A DNA stretch of 31,106 nucleotides from Pseudomonadota bacterium (GCA_021804705.1 JAJZHC010000001.1:1-31106), one strand, 5' to 3'. Positions 1-7,999 are shown, counted from the first letter of the stretch. The notes: generated from the letters alone by a model not told the origin. A program made the numbers and translations.

Positions 1-103
1 GGCGAGGTTCTTGGGGGAGTGGTAGGGCTCCCAGCGGCGCGCGCTGGCAAAGCGCGCAAGGGCGGCATCGAGGGCTTTCACGTCAACCAGGCGTTCGGTC
101 ATT
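1..103 (-). CDS. MazG-like nucleotide pyrophosphohydrolase (dCTP pyrophosphatase type), 5' part only; runs off the window start
   Basis: Not in the ORF track. My translation from ATG at 103 is MTERLVDVKALDAALARFASARRWEPYHSPKNLA; W-x-x-[YF]-HSPKNLA is the N-terminal signature of this family. GGAG lies ~7 nt upstream. Confidence 0.8.
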
Positions 104-276
104 GCGGGCTCCAATATATGCTGTGGCAAGCGTAACCATGTCCGATCTGAATGTCTATTGGCGCTTCTGTCTGGTGCTGGAAATCATGCGAAGCTGAGCG
201 CACGGAAGTAAAACGGGTAGGCGTAATGCGGTAAAATTGGGGTTCCTGCAAAAGATCGACCTACGGAGATCACCCC

Positions 277-690
277 ATGCAACCCATTCCTGTCGGAGCC
301 CAGGGCTCGTTTTCCCTCCTCGTCACTGAACGGCACCTCGCCAATCGTTTCAAGGACGCCATGCTGCCCGCCGTGTTTTCCACGCCGGTGATGGTGATGC
401 TCATGGAAAATGCCGCGCTCAACGCCATCAAACCTTACCTCGACCCCAACGAAAGCGCCGTTGGCACACGCGTGGACGTCACGCACCTGGCCGCAACACC
501 CGTGGGCATGACTGCCACGGCCCTTGCGGAAGTGACGCTTGTGGACGGCCGGCGCATCGAATTCAAGGTCACTGCTTCAGACGGCATGGACACCATAGGC
601 ACCGCCACCCATGAGCGTATGGTGATCGACATGGTACGCTTCAACGAAAAGCTTGCAAAAAAAGCCGCCGCTGCCGCTGACCTGGGCTGA
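277..690 (+). CDS. Hotdog-fold thioesterase, fluoroacetyl-CoA thioesterase (FlK)-like
   Basis: FSTPVMVMLMENAA, VDVTHLAATPVG and HER carry the FlK Thr/Glu/His triad and the conserved Arg. GGAG RBS upstream. Confidence 0.85.
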   Translation: MQPIPVGAQGSFSLLVTERHLANRFKDAMLPAVFSTPVMVMLMENAALNAIKPYLDPNESAVGTRVDVTHLAATPVGMTATALAEVTLVDGRRIEFKVTASDGMDTIGTATHERMVIDMVRFNEKLAKKAAAAADLG

Positions 691-691
691 A

Positions 692-1696
692 GTGCGCTCC
701 ACAGTTGAAGCGGTACAACCCGTGGTGGTGTTGATCGCCACCGGTGGCACCATTGCCATGAAGATCGATCCCGTCATAAACGCCCCGGTTCCCGCCATTT
801 CGGGTGACGACCTGCTCGCCACCGTACCGGGAATGAGCCAGTACGCCAAGGTTGAAGTCATCAATGTGTGCAACGTGCCCTCCGGTTACATGGATCCGGT
901 ACGCTGGGTGCAGTTGACGAAGGTGGTCCAAGAGACGCTGGCACGCCCGGAAGTGTCCGGCGTCATCGTGTCGCACGGCACCGACACCCTGGAAGAAACC
1001 GCCTATTGGCTGGACCTCACCGTCCAGTCAGAGAAACCCGTGGTCTTGATCGGCGCCCAGCGTAACGCCTCGGAATCGGGCTTTGACGGCCCGAATAACC
1101 TCCTCAATGCTGTGCGCATTGCGGTGGATCCGCAAGCCTGCGGCAAAGGCGTGATGCTGGCCATGAACGGCCAGATCAATGCGGCGCGTGAAGTCACCAA
1201 AACGCATACCTCCAGCGTGGAAACTTTCAAATCTGGCGACTACGGTTTCATTGGCGTGGTGGACAATGATCGTGTGATGTTTGCGCGCGCGCCCTTGCGT
1301 CGTCAGTTTGTACCGCTGAAGGCTACGACCATGCCGGATGTTGAAATTGTCGCCATGTATGGCGGGGCCGACGGCCGGCTTCTGCGCGCCGCGGTGGATA
1401 GTGGCGCCCAAGGCATTGTGGTGCAGGCACTGGGATGGGGCAACATGAACATTCCCATGTTTTCAGCCGTCAAGTATGCGTTGTCAAAAAACATTCCTGT
1501 GGTGATTGCCAGTCGCGTTCCAAACGGACGGGTACTGCCCAACTACGGGTTTGAAGGTGGCGGCAAAACCATCGTGGATGCTGGTGCCGTGATGGCTGAC
1601 GATTTGTCTCCACAAAAATCGCGCATCCTGCTGATGCTGCTACTGCAAAACGGCGTAAGCAGCCAGCACGATCTGCAGGCTGCCTTTAGTCACTAA
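692..1696 (+). CDS. L-asparaginase family protein
   Basis: Catalytic motifs ATGGTIA, HGTDTLEET and KTHTSSVETF. Likely start is GTG 692, right after the thioesterase stop (the ORF track uses TTG 653). No signal peptide is visible. Confidence 0.9.
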   Translation: MRSTVEAVQPVVVLIATGGTIAMKIDPVINAPVPAISGDDLLATVPGMSQYAKVEVINVCNVPSGYMDPVRWVQLTKVVQETLARPEVSGVIVSHGTDTLEETAYWLDLTVQSEKPVVLIGAQRNASESGFDGPNNLLNAVRIAVDPQACGKGVMLAMNGQINAAREVTKTHTSSVETFKSGDYGFIGVVDNDRVMFARAPLRRQFVPLKATTMPDVEIVAMYGGADGRLLRAAVDSGAQGIVVQALGWGNMNIPMFSAVKYALSKNIPVVIASRVPNGRVLPNYGFEGGGKTIVDAGAVMADDLSPQKSRILLMLLLQNGVSSQHDLQAAFSH

Positions 1697-1728
1697 GCGG
1701 GTTGGTGGTGTGCGCAGAAACCAGGGAG

Positions 1729-1878
1729 CTAACGGTCTTTGTCTTGCCAGGGACGGATGTTTTTGTAATTGATCAGTTTGGCAAGATCGCGGCTTTCGCG
1801 GAAGAAAAAGCGCATCATGAGCAAGTACAGCACCAGTACGACCGCAGCGCCAATGGCAATCCATGCTGTAATGCTCAT
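1729..1878 (-). CDS. Small single-pass membrane protein (49 aa), unknown function
   Basis: Not in the ORF track. MSITAWIAIGAAVVLVLYLLMMRFFFRESRDLAKLINYKNIRPWQDKDR has a clean hydrophobic segment and a charged tail. It starts 13 nt after the stop of the co-oriented Ysc84-like gene. Confidence 0.6.
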   Translation of the reverse strand: MSITAWIAIGAAVVLVLYLLMMRFFFRESRDLAKLINYKNIRPWQDKDR

Positions 1879-1891
1879 GATCACGCCACGC

Positions 1892-2455
1892 TCAACGCTT
1901 GATGCGCGTGATCTTGGTACCTTCCAGGCTCAAGCTGGCCATGAGACCCTGCTGATCAAAAATGAAGGCATAAGCGTCATCCTTCAGCGTCGTTGAGGAG
2001 AAATTTTTGGCGGCACCCTCATTCATCACGACCACTGTCGGCCCTACGCCGATTTCCCAGCCTTCAGACTTCTTGAGATAGCTCATGGCCTTGTCATTCA
2101 TGAGAAAAACTACATAGCCGTATGATTCGGCACCCGCTTGCCAGCCAAAAGAAGCAGAAACGGAATTGTAGTAGCCCATGACCTTCGAGCCTTCGTTCAG
2201 AACACCCTCACCGTAGCTTCCACCAAATACGAGGCCGGCCTTGATGATTTTAGGAAATACCAACACTGCCTTAGCCTGTTTTGAGATGTTCTCTGCAGTG
2301 GGATTAGTCCGGTACAAGGTTTGCAGTGCCTGGGCGGCATCCTTGTTCAGATCTTCGGCAGTAGCGGCACTGGCGGAATTGCTGATGGCAACCAGCGACA
2401 GGGCAGATGCGCCGAGGACACACAGGTTTAGAAAAACGCGTCGAATAGGGGTCAT
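1892..2455 (-). CDS. Ysc84/SYLF-domain lipid-binding protein, exported (twin-arginine-like leader)
   Basis: AKAVLVFPKIIKAGLVFGGSYGEG, SASFGWQAG and GLMASLSLEGTKI are SYLF motifs. The leader is MTPIRRVFL...ASA. AAAGGA sits 6 nt before ATG 2455, so the ORF-track extension to 2794 is probably not coding. Confidence 0.85.
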   Translation of the reverse strand: MTPIRRVFLNLCVLGASALSLVAISNSASAATAEDLNKDAAQALQTLYRTNPTAENISKQAKAVLVFPKIIKAGLVFGGSYGEGVLNEGSKVMGYYNSVSASFGWQAGAESYGYVVFLMNDKAMSYLKKSEGWEIGVGPTVVVMNEGAAKNFSSTTLKDDAYAFIFDQQGLMASLSLEGTKITRIKR

Positions 2456-2548
2456 GATCATTCCTTTGATATAAAGCAGCGCATAAACGGCAAATCTATC
2501 CAACAGCACTGCGAGGTAAACATGATGTATCGTCTCGCCAAGTATATC

Positions 2549-2564
2549 TGTGCGATAGCGAACA
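2549..2564. promoter_or_regulatory. Palindromic box TGTGCG-ATAG-CGAACA (candidate Crp/Fnr-family site)
   Basis: Intergenic. The inverted repeat extends to ATCTGT..ACAGAT. CATCAT lies 21 nt away toward the Ysc84 gene. Confidence 0.7.
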
Positions 2565-2576
2565 GATCCCATGTAT

Positions 2577-2900
2577 TTATCGAAGCTCGATGGGAAAAAA
2601 CAGGCTAATTCCCGGAGACGGCATGGGTGGGTAATAGACGGGTGGGGGCACGTAGACGGGTTGGGCGTACATGTAAGGGTAGTAACCCGGGCGGTCTTCG
2701 CGCCGGTTGTCATGGCCATGACCATAGTGGCGATTGCGCTCGTTACCGAGAGCCCCTGGACCCCCTTCATGGCCGCGATTATTCTGGTCTCCACGATTGT
2801 TTTGATCGCCCAATGCTGGCAGCGCGATCAAACTGGAAGTCGAAGCTATGAGCGCCACGGCCATCGCCATCTTTTTGATTTCTGTTCCAAGGATGTCCAA
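2577..2900 (-). CDS. Small secreted protein with a Pro/Tyr-rich C-terminus, unknown function
   Basis: Signal-peptide-like N-terminus, a DQNNRG duplication and a YxPPPVYYPP tail ending GISLFFPIELR. TTG start with GGAG ~7 nt upstream. Confidence 0.65.
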   Translation of the reverse strand: MDILGTEIKKMAMAVALIASTSSLIALPALGDQNNRGDQNNRGHEGGPGALGNERNRHYGHGHDNRREDRPGYYPYMYAQPVYVPPPVYYPPMPSPGISLFFPIELR

Positions 2901-2938
2901 TTTAACTCTCCATTTGTCAGAAACGTGAAAAGCAGAGC

Positions 2939-3403
2939 CTATTTTTTCTGTCTTGTCTTATGGTTGGCGCCCTGGCGAAACAGTTCGTCTGCATCCAGCT
3001 TTTGGGCATCGGTCATGCTCTCGTAAAGATTTTCAAAGACCGGGGCAAATTTCCTGATGGCTTCAGCATGGGCATCGACAATCTCGCCATAGGACTTAAG
3101 ATCCTCAACTGCATTCATGGTCTTGACGTTGTTGATTCTGGTTTGAGTCAGTGCGTCCATTTTTTTGGCGTTTTCACGCATGACGTCAGAAACCATGGAC
3201 CACTTTTCTTCTTGTTCAGGGGTAATTCTGAGCCGGGCATGCATGTTTTTGATGCGAAGCTCGACGCGTTCAACTTCGCTTGCTTTTGTGCCAGCCGTAC
3301 CTGCAATGGACGGGATTGCAGTAAACCCAATCGTGGCAACCAAAGCAGCCGCCACCGCCGTGCGCACACTGGTGTTTGTAAATTTTAAAAAATATTGATT
3401 CAT
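2939..3403 (-). CDS. Spy/CpxP (LTXXQ) family periplasmic protein
   Basis: Signal peptide, LRITPEQEEKW and SMTDAQK motifs, all-helical composition. Confidence 0.8.
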   Translation of the reverse strand: MNQYFLKFTNTSVRTAVAAALVATIGFTAIPSIAGTAGTKASEVERVELRIKNMHARLRITPEQEEKWSMVSDVMRENAKKMDALTQTRINNVKTMNAVEDLKSYGEIVDAHAEAIRKFAPVFENLYESMTDAQKLDADELFRQGANHKTRQKK

Positions 3404-3497
3404 TGCCGATCTCCTAGGGGACGTAAGGCATAAATGCCAGGCAATCAGTGGGAAAGACGATTCATGATGTATCTTCCTCCACGTTTAAAAACAAATA

Positions 3498-3513
3498 TGT
3501 GCGCCAGCGCACG
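3498..3513. promoter_or_regulatory. Palindromic box TGTGCG-CCAG-CGCACG
   Basis: Lies in the divergent intergenic region between the Spy-like gene and DUF4398. Confidence 0.7.
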
Positions 3514-3569
3514 GTGAAAGGACATCGCCATAAAGTTTAATGAGGTTGACGCATTTTCCATGGGAAACG

Positions 3570-3965
3570 ATGATGAAAAATATACTTATAATCAAATCAA
3601 TATCTGTGATGCAGGGAGCCGGCCTCATGGCTGCTTGCACACTTTTTGTGGCCGGTTGCGCAAGCATTCCGGCGCCAACCGAACAGATGACCATCTCAAG
3701 AGCTGCAGTGACCGAGGCCTCCACCGCCGGCAGCAACGAATATGCGCCCAGTCAGCTGAAAACCGCCATGGAGAAAATGGGTGGAGCAGAACAGGCCATG
3801 TCTGAAAAAAATTATGAGCAGGCCAGAAGTCTCGCCGAACAAGCCCAGGTGGATGCGCAATTGGCTCTAGCCACGACGCGTGCAGCCAAGGCCAAAAAGT
3901 CGGCAGACGCATTGCATGAAGACGCTCACGTACTTCGTGAAGAAATGAACCGAAATGCCAAGTAA
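3570..3965 (+). CDS. DUF4398-domain lipoprotein
   Basis: Lipobox FVAGC, then AVTEA...YAP..L..A..K...A and LAEQAQVDAQLA. Start is ATG 3570 or 3573. Confidence 0.75.
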   Translation: MMKNILIIKSISVMQGAGLMAACTLFVAGCASIPAPTEQMTISRAAVTEASTAGSNEYAPSQLKTAMEKMGGAEQAMSEKNYEQARSLAEQAQVDAQLALATTRAAKAKKSADALHEDAHVLREEMNRNAK

Positions 3966-3983
3966 TCCTCTCTGGAGTTGATC

Positions 3984-4871
3984 ATGCAAAAGAATTTTAA
4001 TTTCCCCATGTCCTTGATTGCTGTTGCGGCGTTAGCCAGTTGCAGCACCATGCCACAAAATTCATTACTGACGGATGCGCATCACAGTTATGACATGGCA
4101 CGGAATGATCCTCAGGTCACAACGCTTGCTCCCGTAGAGTTACGGGAGGCCGGCGATTCCCTGCTCAAGGCTGACAATGCCATGAGCAAAGATGAAAGCG
4201 AAGCAACAGTAAATCAACTGGCGTATATCGCCAGACAGAAAGTAAGGATTGCCCAGGAATCTGCCCAGCGCAAAGCTGCCGAGCAGGAAATTGCCAAGGC
4301 AGCGTCACAGCGGGATCACGACAGACTGGCAGCCAGAACGGCAGAAGCTGATGCGTCCAAGGCGCAGGTGGTCGCGATTCAGCAAACCGCGGATCAGCAA
4401 GCTACTGCTCTGGCAGTAGCAGGCGCCAATTCCGAACGCGATCGTGCGCGCATCGCAAAACAGGAGTCGCAGCTCAAGGATCTCAATGCTAAAAAGACGC
4501 AGCGCGGTATGGTGATTACATTGGGTGACGTCCTGTTCCACACCAACAAGTCTGAAGTAAACCCAGCCGGCATGCACAATGTACAAAAGCTGGCGGATTT
4601 TCTCATGCAATACCCGCAAGAACGTGTCTTGATAGAAGGCTACACCGACAGTACCGGTGGCGAAACTCTCAATCAAAATCTTTCGGAGCGACGTGCCGAA
4701 GTGGTACGCATGACACTGGTAAGAATGGGTGTCAGCGGCGACCGAATTGAAACAAAGGGCTATGGAGAGTCCTATCCGATTGCTGACAATAACACCCCTG
4801 TGAATCGTCAATTAAATCGGCGAGTGGAAATCATCCTCTCAGATGAGAATAAAAGGATCGCTCCACGTTAA
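3984..4871 (+). CDS. Lipoprotein with N-terminal DUF4398 and C-terminal OmpA-like peptidoglycan-binding domain
   Basis: Lipobox ALASC; RGMVITLGDVLF, IEGYTDSTG, NQNLSERRA and NRRVEIIL. GGAG lies 6 nt before ATG 3984. Confidence 0.9.
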   Translation: MQKNFNFPMSLIAVAALASCSTMPQNSLLTDAHHSYDMARNDPQVTTLAPVELREAGDSLLKADNAMSKDESEATVNQLAYIARQKVRIAQESAQRKAAEQEIAKAASQRDHDRLAARTAEADASKAQVVAIQQTADQQATALAVAGANSERDRARIAKQESQLKDLNAKKTQRGMVITLGDVLFHTNKSEVNPAGMHNVQKLADFLMQYPQERVLIEGYTDSTGGETLNQNLSERRAEVVRMTLVRMGVSGDRIETKGYGESYPIADNNTPVNRQLNRRVEIILSDENKRIAPR

Positions 4872-4894
4872 TCCGCTATCACGAGGACTAAAAA

Positions 4895-5053
4895 ATGTCA
4901 CTTGGAAACATCTTACTCATCGTTCTGGTGCTGTTGCTGATTGGTGTGATTCCCACCTGGCACCACAGCCATTCGTGGGGTTATGCTCCGAGTGGCGGGC
5001 TTGGCCTGCTATTGATTATTGTGGTTGTTTTGATGCTGATGGGGCGCTTGTAA
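4895..5053 (+). CDS. DUF3309-family small membrane protein (52 aa)
   Basis: Not in the ORF track. MSLGNILLIVLVLLLIGVIPTWHHSHSWGYAPSGGLGLLLIIVVVLMLMGRL matches the PTWxHSxxWGYxPSGGLG signature. GAGG RBS upstream. Confidence 0.85.
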   Translation: MSLGNILLIVLVLLLIGVIPTWHHSHSWGYAPSGGLGLLLIIVVVLMLMGRL

Positions 5054-5065
5054 CAGGCTGACCGG

Positions 5066-5353
5066 TCATTTGAATTTCGAATGGGCCACGGCAATGCCGG
5101 CCTTGAGGTCCTCCCAGACTTTGTCAGCGGTGCCTTTGAGGTGTACCCACGCCTCACCTCTGGCTTTTCCAAGTTCTTTCAATTTTTCAGAAGCCACGTT
5201 TTGCTTGGCTCGCAGTGCGCGAAGTTCATCGACACCTTTGACTTTCATATCGGCGCCCGCATTCTCCATCTTGGCTTCCAGTAAATTGATCTGTGCGCTC
5301 CATTCTTTCAGTTGTGCCGCCATTTTTTGCTTATAGGCATCTTGGGAATTCAT
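5066..5353 (-). CDS. Coiled-coil small protein (sll1863-like stress-associated family)
   Basis: AYKQKMAAQLKEWSAQI...AW..LK...DK.W.DLK pattern. GGAG RBS upstream. Confidence 0.7.
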   Translation of the reverse strand: MNSQDAYKQKMAAQLKEWSAQINLLEAKMENAGADMKVKGVDELRALRAKQNVASEKLKELGKARGEAWVHLKGTADKVWEDLKAGIAVAHSKFK

Positions 5354-5398
5354 GGTTCACTCCAAATCATAGGGTGATAATCAAAGGGATTTTCAGAA

Positions 5399-5779
5399 TT
5401 ACTTTACGAACAGTCTGTTTTCAACGCTTTTTACGCCGGTTATTGCACTGGCTAACGATTTTGCTTTGTCACTATTTTGTTGCGAATCCACGGATCCGCT
5501 CAAAGTCACGATACCCTTCGCTGTATCTACGCTGATTTGCAGCGTTTTGAGTCCGGGCTCAGCAAATATGGCTGATTTGACCTTGGTCGTAATCTCGGAA
5601 TCATCGAGGTTGACACTTAATTTTTCGCTTTTTTCATCTAGCTTCTTATTGGCATCATCAACTACCTGATCAAACTTTTTCCCAGCTGTCTCCGCGGGAC
5701 CAGGTTTGTTGCATGCAGTCAGACCGGCGACGATAAACAGGGAAATACCGATCAATTGGACATTCTTGATTGCGTTCAT
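5399..5779 (-). CDS. BON-domain (OsmY-like) lipoprotein
   Basis: Lipobox LTAC; DDSEITTKVKSA, ISVDTAKGIVTLSG and GVKSVENRL. Confidence 0.85.
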   Translation of the reverse strand: MNAIKNVQLIGISLFIVAGLTACNKPGPAETAGKKFDQVVDDANKKLDEKSEKLSVNLDDSEITTKVKSAIFAEPGLKTLQISVDTAKGIVTLSGSVDSQQNSDKAKSLASAITGVKSVENRLFVK

Positions 5780-5841
5780 TTTGGCTCTCATTCAAAACAG
5801 GTTCGTGAACATTATTTAACACCTGTTTTTCAAGGACGCTC

Positions 5842-5857
5842 CGTTCGCTATCGCACA
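5842..5857. promoter_or_regulatory. Palindromic box CGTTCG-CTAT-CGCACA
   Basis: Its reverse complement shares 15 of 16 bases with the box at 2549. Lies in the divergent BON/His-rich intergenic region. Confidence 0.65.
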
Positions 5858-5885
5858 TAACTCAGGTTTTGCTGATTGATATTTA

Positions 5886-5901
5886 TGTACGCCACCAGAC
5901 A
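5886..5901. promoter_or_regulatory. Degenerate box TGTACG-CCAC-CAGACA with downstream -10 TACTAT (5923-5928)
   Basis: Perfect left half and a right half with two mismatches. The -10 lies exactly 21 nt downstream, toward the His-rich gene. Confidence 0.55.
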
Positions 5902-5998
5902 GAAATTCTACTGTTCGTTCCTTACTATGGGGCCGTGAGTCGCTGTTTTGGTTCACTGAAGTGATGGATCCATAGTTGATTAATTTCTGGAGAAGTAA

Positions 5999-6250
5999 AT
6001 GACACAGTTACATGCGAAGAATACAGAATCGTCCCCATTGCATACGCAGGAGCAACATCATCATCAAGCTGCTGAGCATCATGAGCAGGCCTCAAAGCAC
6101 CACAAGGAGGCCGCAAAGCATCATGAGTCTGGTGATCACAAGGCAGCTGCGCATCATGCCCAGGTGGCTCATGGACATATGGCCCAAGCCAGCGAGCATG
6201 GGGCAGAAGCCAGCAAGAAGTATGCGAATACTTTGAGTCCTAAAAAGTAA
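5999..6250 (+). CDS. His-rich small helical protein (83 aa), probable metal binder
   Basis: 17 His in 83 aa, with HH pairs in heptad register. GGAGAAG RBS upstream. Confidence 0.75.
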   Translation: MTQLHAKNTESSPLHTQEQHHHQAAEHHEQASKHHKEAAKHHESGDHKAAAHHAQVAHGHMAQASEHGAEASKKYANTLSPKK

Positions 6251-6370
6251 TTCAAATCAACACCAGATCTGCAGAAGAAAATGCGCCTGCGTTCGAAAGC
6301 CAAGTCTGTTCTTGAACGCAGGCTCAAAATGACTGCACATTCCCCGATCCAGTTTTTAGAGGGTTATGCC

Positions 6371-6727
6371 ATGAATATAAAATCATTTTTTAATCGGATG
6401 CTTGGTGCACTGTTTTGGATCAGTGTTTTTTCAATATCTCCGGTCGTCAATGCAGAATTAATTGGCACGGAGAAACTGGCTCAGCCTGATCAAGTCCAGG
6501 ACAGAGTAGTTGTTGACAGTTTTATTGTCCGTTCCGATGTTCAGAAGAAGCTGCAGGAGATGGGATTGAGTGCCATTGTCACTGCACAGCGTGTGGCTTT
6601 GCTTAGCGACTCTGAAGCACGGGAGCTCTCGCAAAAATTCGATCTATTGCCGGCAGGTGGCAGCTTTTCTAACAATGAACTCATCATTATTCTGTTGGCC
6701 GTCGTGTTGCTGGTGCTTATCCTGTGA
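6371..6727 (+). CDS. PA2779-family protein
   Basis: Signal-like N-terminus; DVQKKLQEMG, RVALLSDSE and LPAGG followed by a C-terminal hydrophobic anchor. Confidence 0.7.
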   Translation: MNIKSFFNRMLGALFWISVFSISPVVNAELIGTEKLAQPDQVQDRVVVDSFIVRSDVQKKLQEMGLSAIVTAQRVALLSDSEARELSQKFDLLPAGGSFSNNELIIILLAVVLLVLIL

Positions 6728-6796
6728 TTATCCTGATAATCTAGCTTGGTGTTTTGAGGCAATCTGAGGACTGATGTGATGGGCGCAGAATGCATG

Positions 6797-6836
6797 AAAA
6801 GACCAGGGTGGCTATCATGCCACCCTGGTCTTTTTT
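6797..6836. terminator. Bidirectional intrinsic terminator
   Basis: AAAAGACCAGGGTGGC-TATCAT-GCCACCCTGGTCTTTTTT, a 16-bp stem flanked by A and T runs, between convergent genes. Confidence 0.9.
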
Positions 6837-6856
6837 CAGTCTACAACGGCCAGATG

Positions 6857-7999
6857 CTACTTTGTACCGGAAACTTCTACCTCTACTCGGCGATCGGGTT
6901 GCAGGCAGTCGACCAGCTTTTTAGTTACTTTTTTGCCTTTGCATTCACCAGGCTTCGTTACAGGCTCAGAGCCGTCCATACCCTTGGTAGTGATCTTTCC
7001 GGCGGGGATGCCAGCAGACTCCACCAGGTAATCTTTGACAGATTCAGCACGGCGCTTCGAGAGCTTGACATTATAGTCATGCTTGCCGATTCGATCCGTG
7101 TGCCCAGTGACTGTGATGACACCAAACTCTGTTCCCTTGAGCTCTGAAGCAAATCTGTCCAGTGCTTGTTTGCCTTCAGGCCGCACCCTCGATTTGTCGA
7201 ATCCAAAAAGTGAATCCGCAGTGAATGAGACTTTCTTGTGGACAGTCGGCGGCGGTGTAACAACCACTGGTTCCGGTTTTGGCTCTGGTGCTGCGGCAAC
7301 CACAACGGGTACGGGCTCTGCAGCTCGGGGTGCAGGGGCCGGTTCGGCCTTCTTTCCACCAAAGCGGTAGACCAGACCAACAGAGACGAGATCAATGTCG
7401 CCCCGGTTTCCTACAGCATCGTTGATCCGGTAACGTTCTGCCTCGAGACGCATCCCGAGCGATTCATTGAATGCATACTGTAACCCAAGGCCCGCCTTGT
7501 AATTGGCATCTCCTTTGCTGGGGTTTGGATTGAGCACAGTGACTAATCCCGTTCCCGTAAAAGAATCCTTTGCATCGGAATAGATGGCCCCTATTCGGCC
7601 AAATGCCGAAAACTTTTCAGTGATGGGAAGAAAGCCAACCAGGTCCAGATTGACGCCATCGACTTTGGTGTTGCCATGCAGAGTTCCAGCGGGTGTGGTG
7701 GTGGAAGTAAATCCGAATGTTCCCAGATCAAAGTAACCGCCCTCAACCGCAAAATACTTGTTGAACAGATATCCGGCAAATACCTTGTAGCCGGTATCCC
7801 GGTTGTCATCCGTCATGGAGTTGGTGGTAAACCCGCTGCCTAAGAGGCTACGGGTGATTCGTGCATCATCAATAGTGGCTTTCGACTGGCCTACATTGCC
7901 ACCCACATACCACCCCAGGTCGTCCGCTACCGAGAACGGGCTGGAGATTAATGCGAGTGTCACCAGACCCATCGCCCCTGAGACTCTTGTTGATTTCAT
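6857..7999 (-). CDS. OmpA-family outer membrane protein (beta-barrel, Pro/Ala linker, peptidoglycan-binding domain)
   Basis: GWYVGGNVG, FAVEGGYFDLG and VSVGLVYRFG barrel strands; PAPAP linker; FTADSLFGFD, TGHTDRIG, LSKRRAESV and QPDRRVEVEV, with a Cys pair. GGAG RBS before ATG 7999. Confidence 0.92.
   Translation of the reverse strand: MKSTRVSGAMGLVTLALISSPFSVADDLGWYVGGNVGQSKATIDDARITRSLLGSGFTTNSMTDDNRDTGYKVFAGYLFNKYFAVEGGYFDLGTFGFTSTTTPAGTLHGNTKVDGVNLDLVGFLPITEKFSAFGRIGAIYSDAKDSFTGTGLVTVLNPNPSKGDANYKAGLGLQYAFNESLGMRLEAERYRINDAVGNRGDIDLVSVGLVYRFGGKKAEPAPAPRAAEPVPVVVAAAPEPKPEPVVVTPPPTVHKKVSFTADSLFGFDKSRVRPEGKQALDRFASELKGTEFGVITVTGHTDRIGKHDYNVKLSKRRAESVKDYLVESAGIPAGKITTKGMDGSEPVTKPGECKGKKVTKKLVDCLQPDRRVEVEVSGTK

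Noticed and set aside
2590-2600. ATGGGAAAAAA, identical to the left part of the DUF6502 operator
   Set aside because: It lies inside a coding region (antisense of Phe-Phe-Pro-Ile codons) and lacks the right arm.
2456-2794. ORF-track N-terminal extension of the Ysc84 gene (300 aa version), and similar extensions at 8047, 10137, 13077, 22422, 22467, 23353 and 26560
   Set aside because: They overlap other genes or regulatory boxes; downstream starts have clear RBS or promoter context and signal peptides.
6280-6295. AATGCG-CCTG-CGTTCG as an eighth box upstream of the PA2779-like gene
   Set aside because: About four mismatches including both outer TGT/ACA ends, and no nAnnnT at the 21-nt position.
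6726-6741. Perfect inverted repeat GATTATC-CT-GATAATC resembling Fur half-sites
   Set aside because: It sits on a stop codon between convergent genes with no promoter to control, and the arrangement does not match a Fur box.
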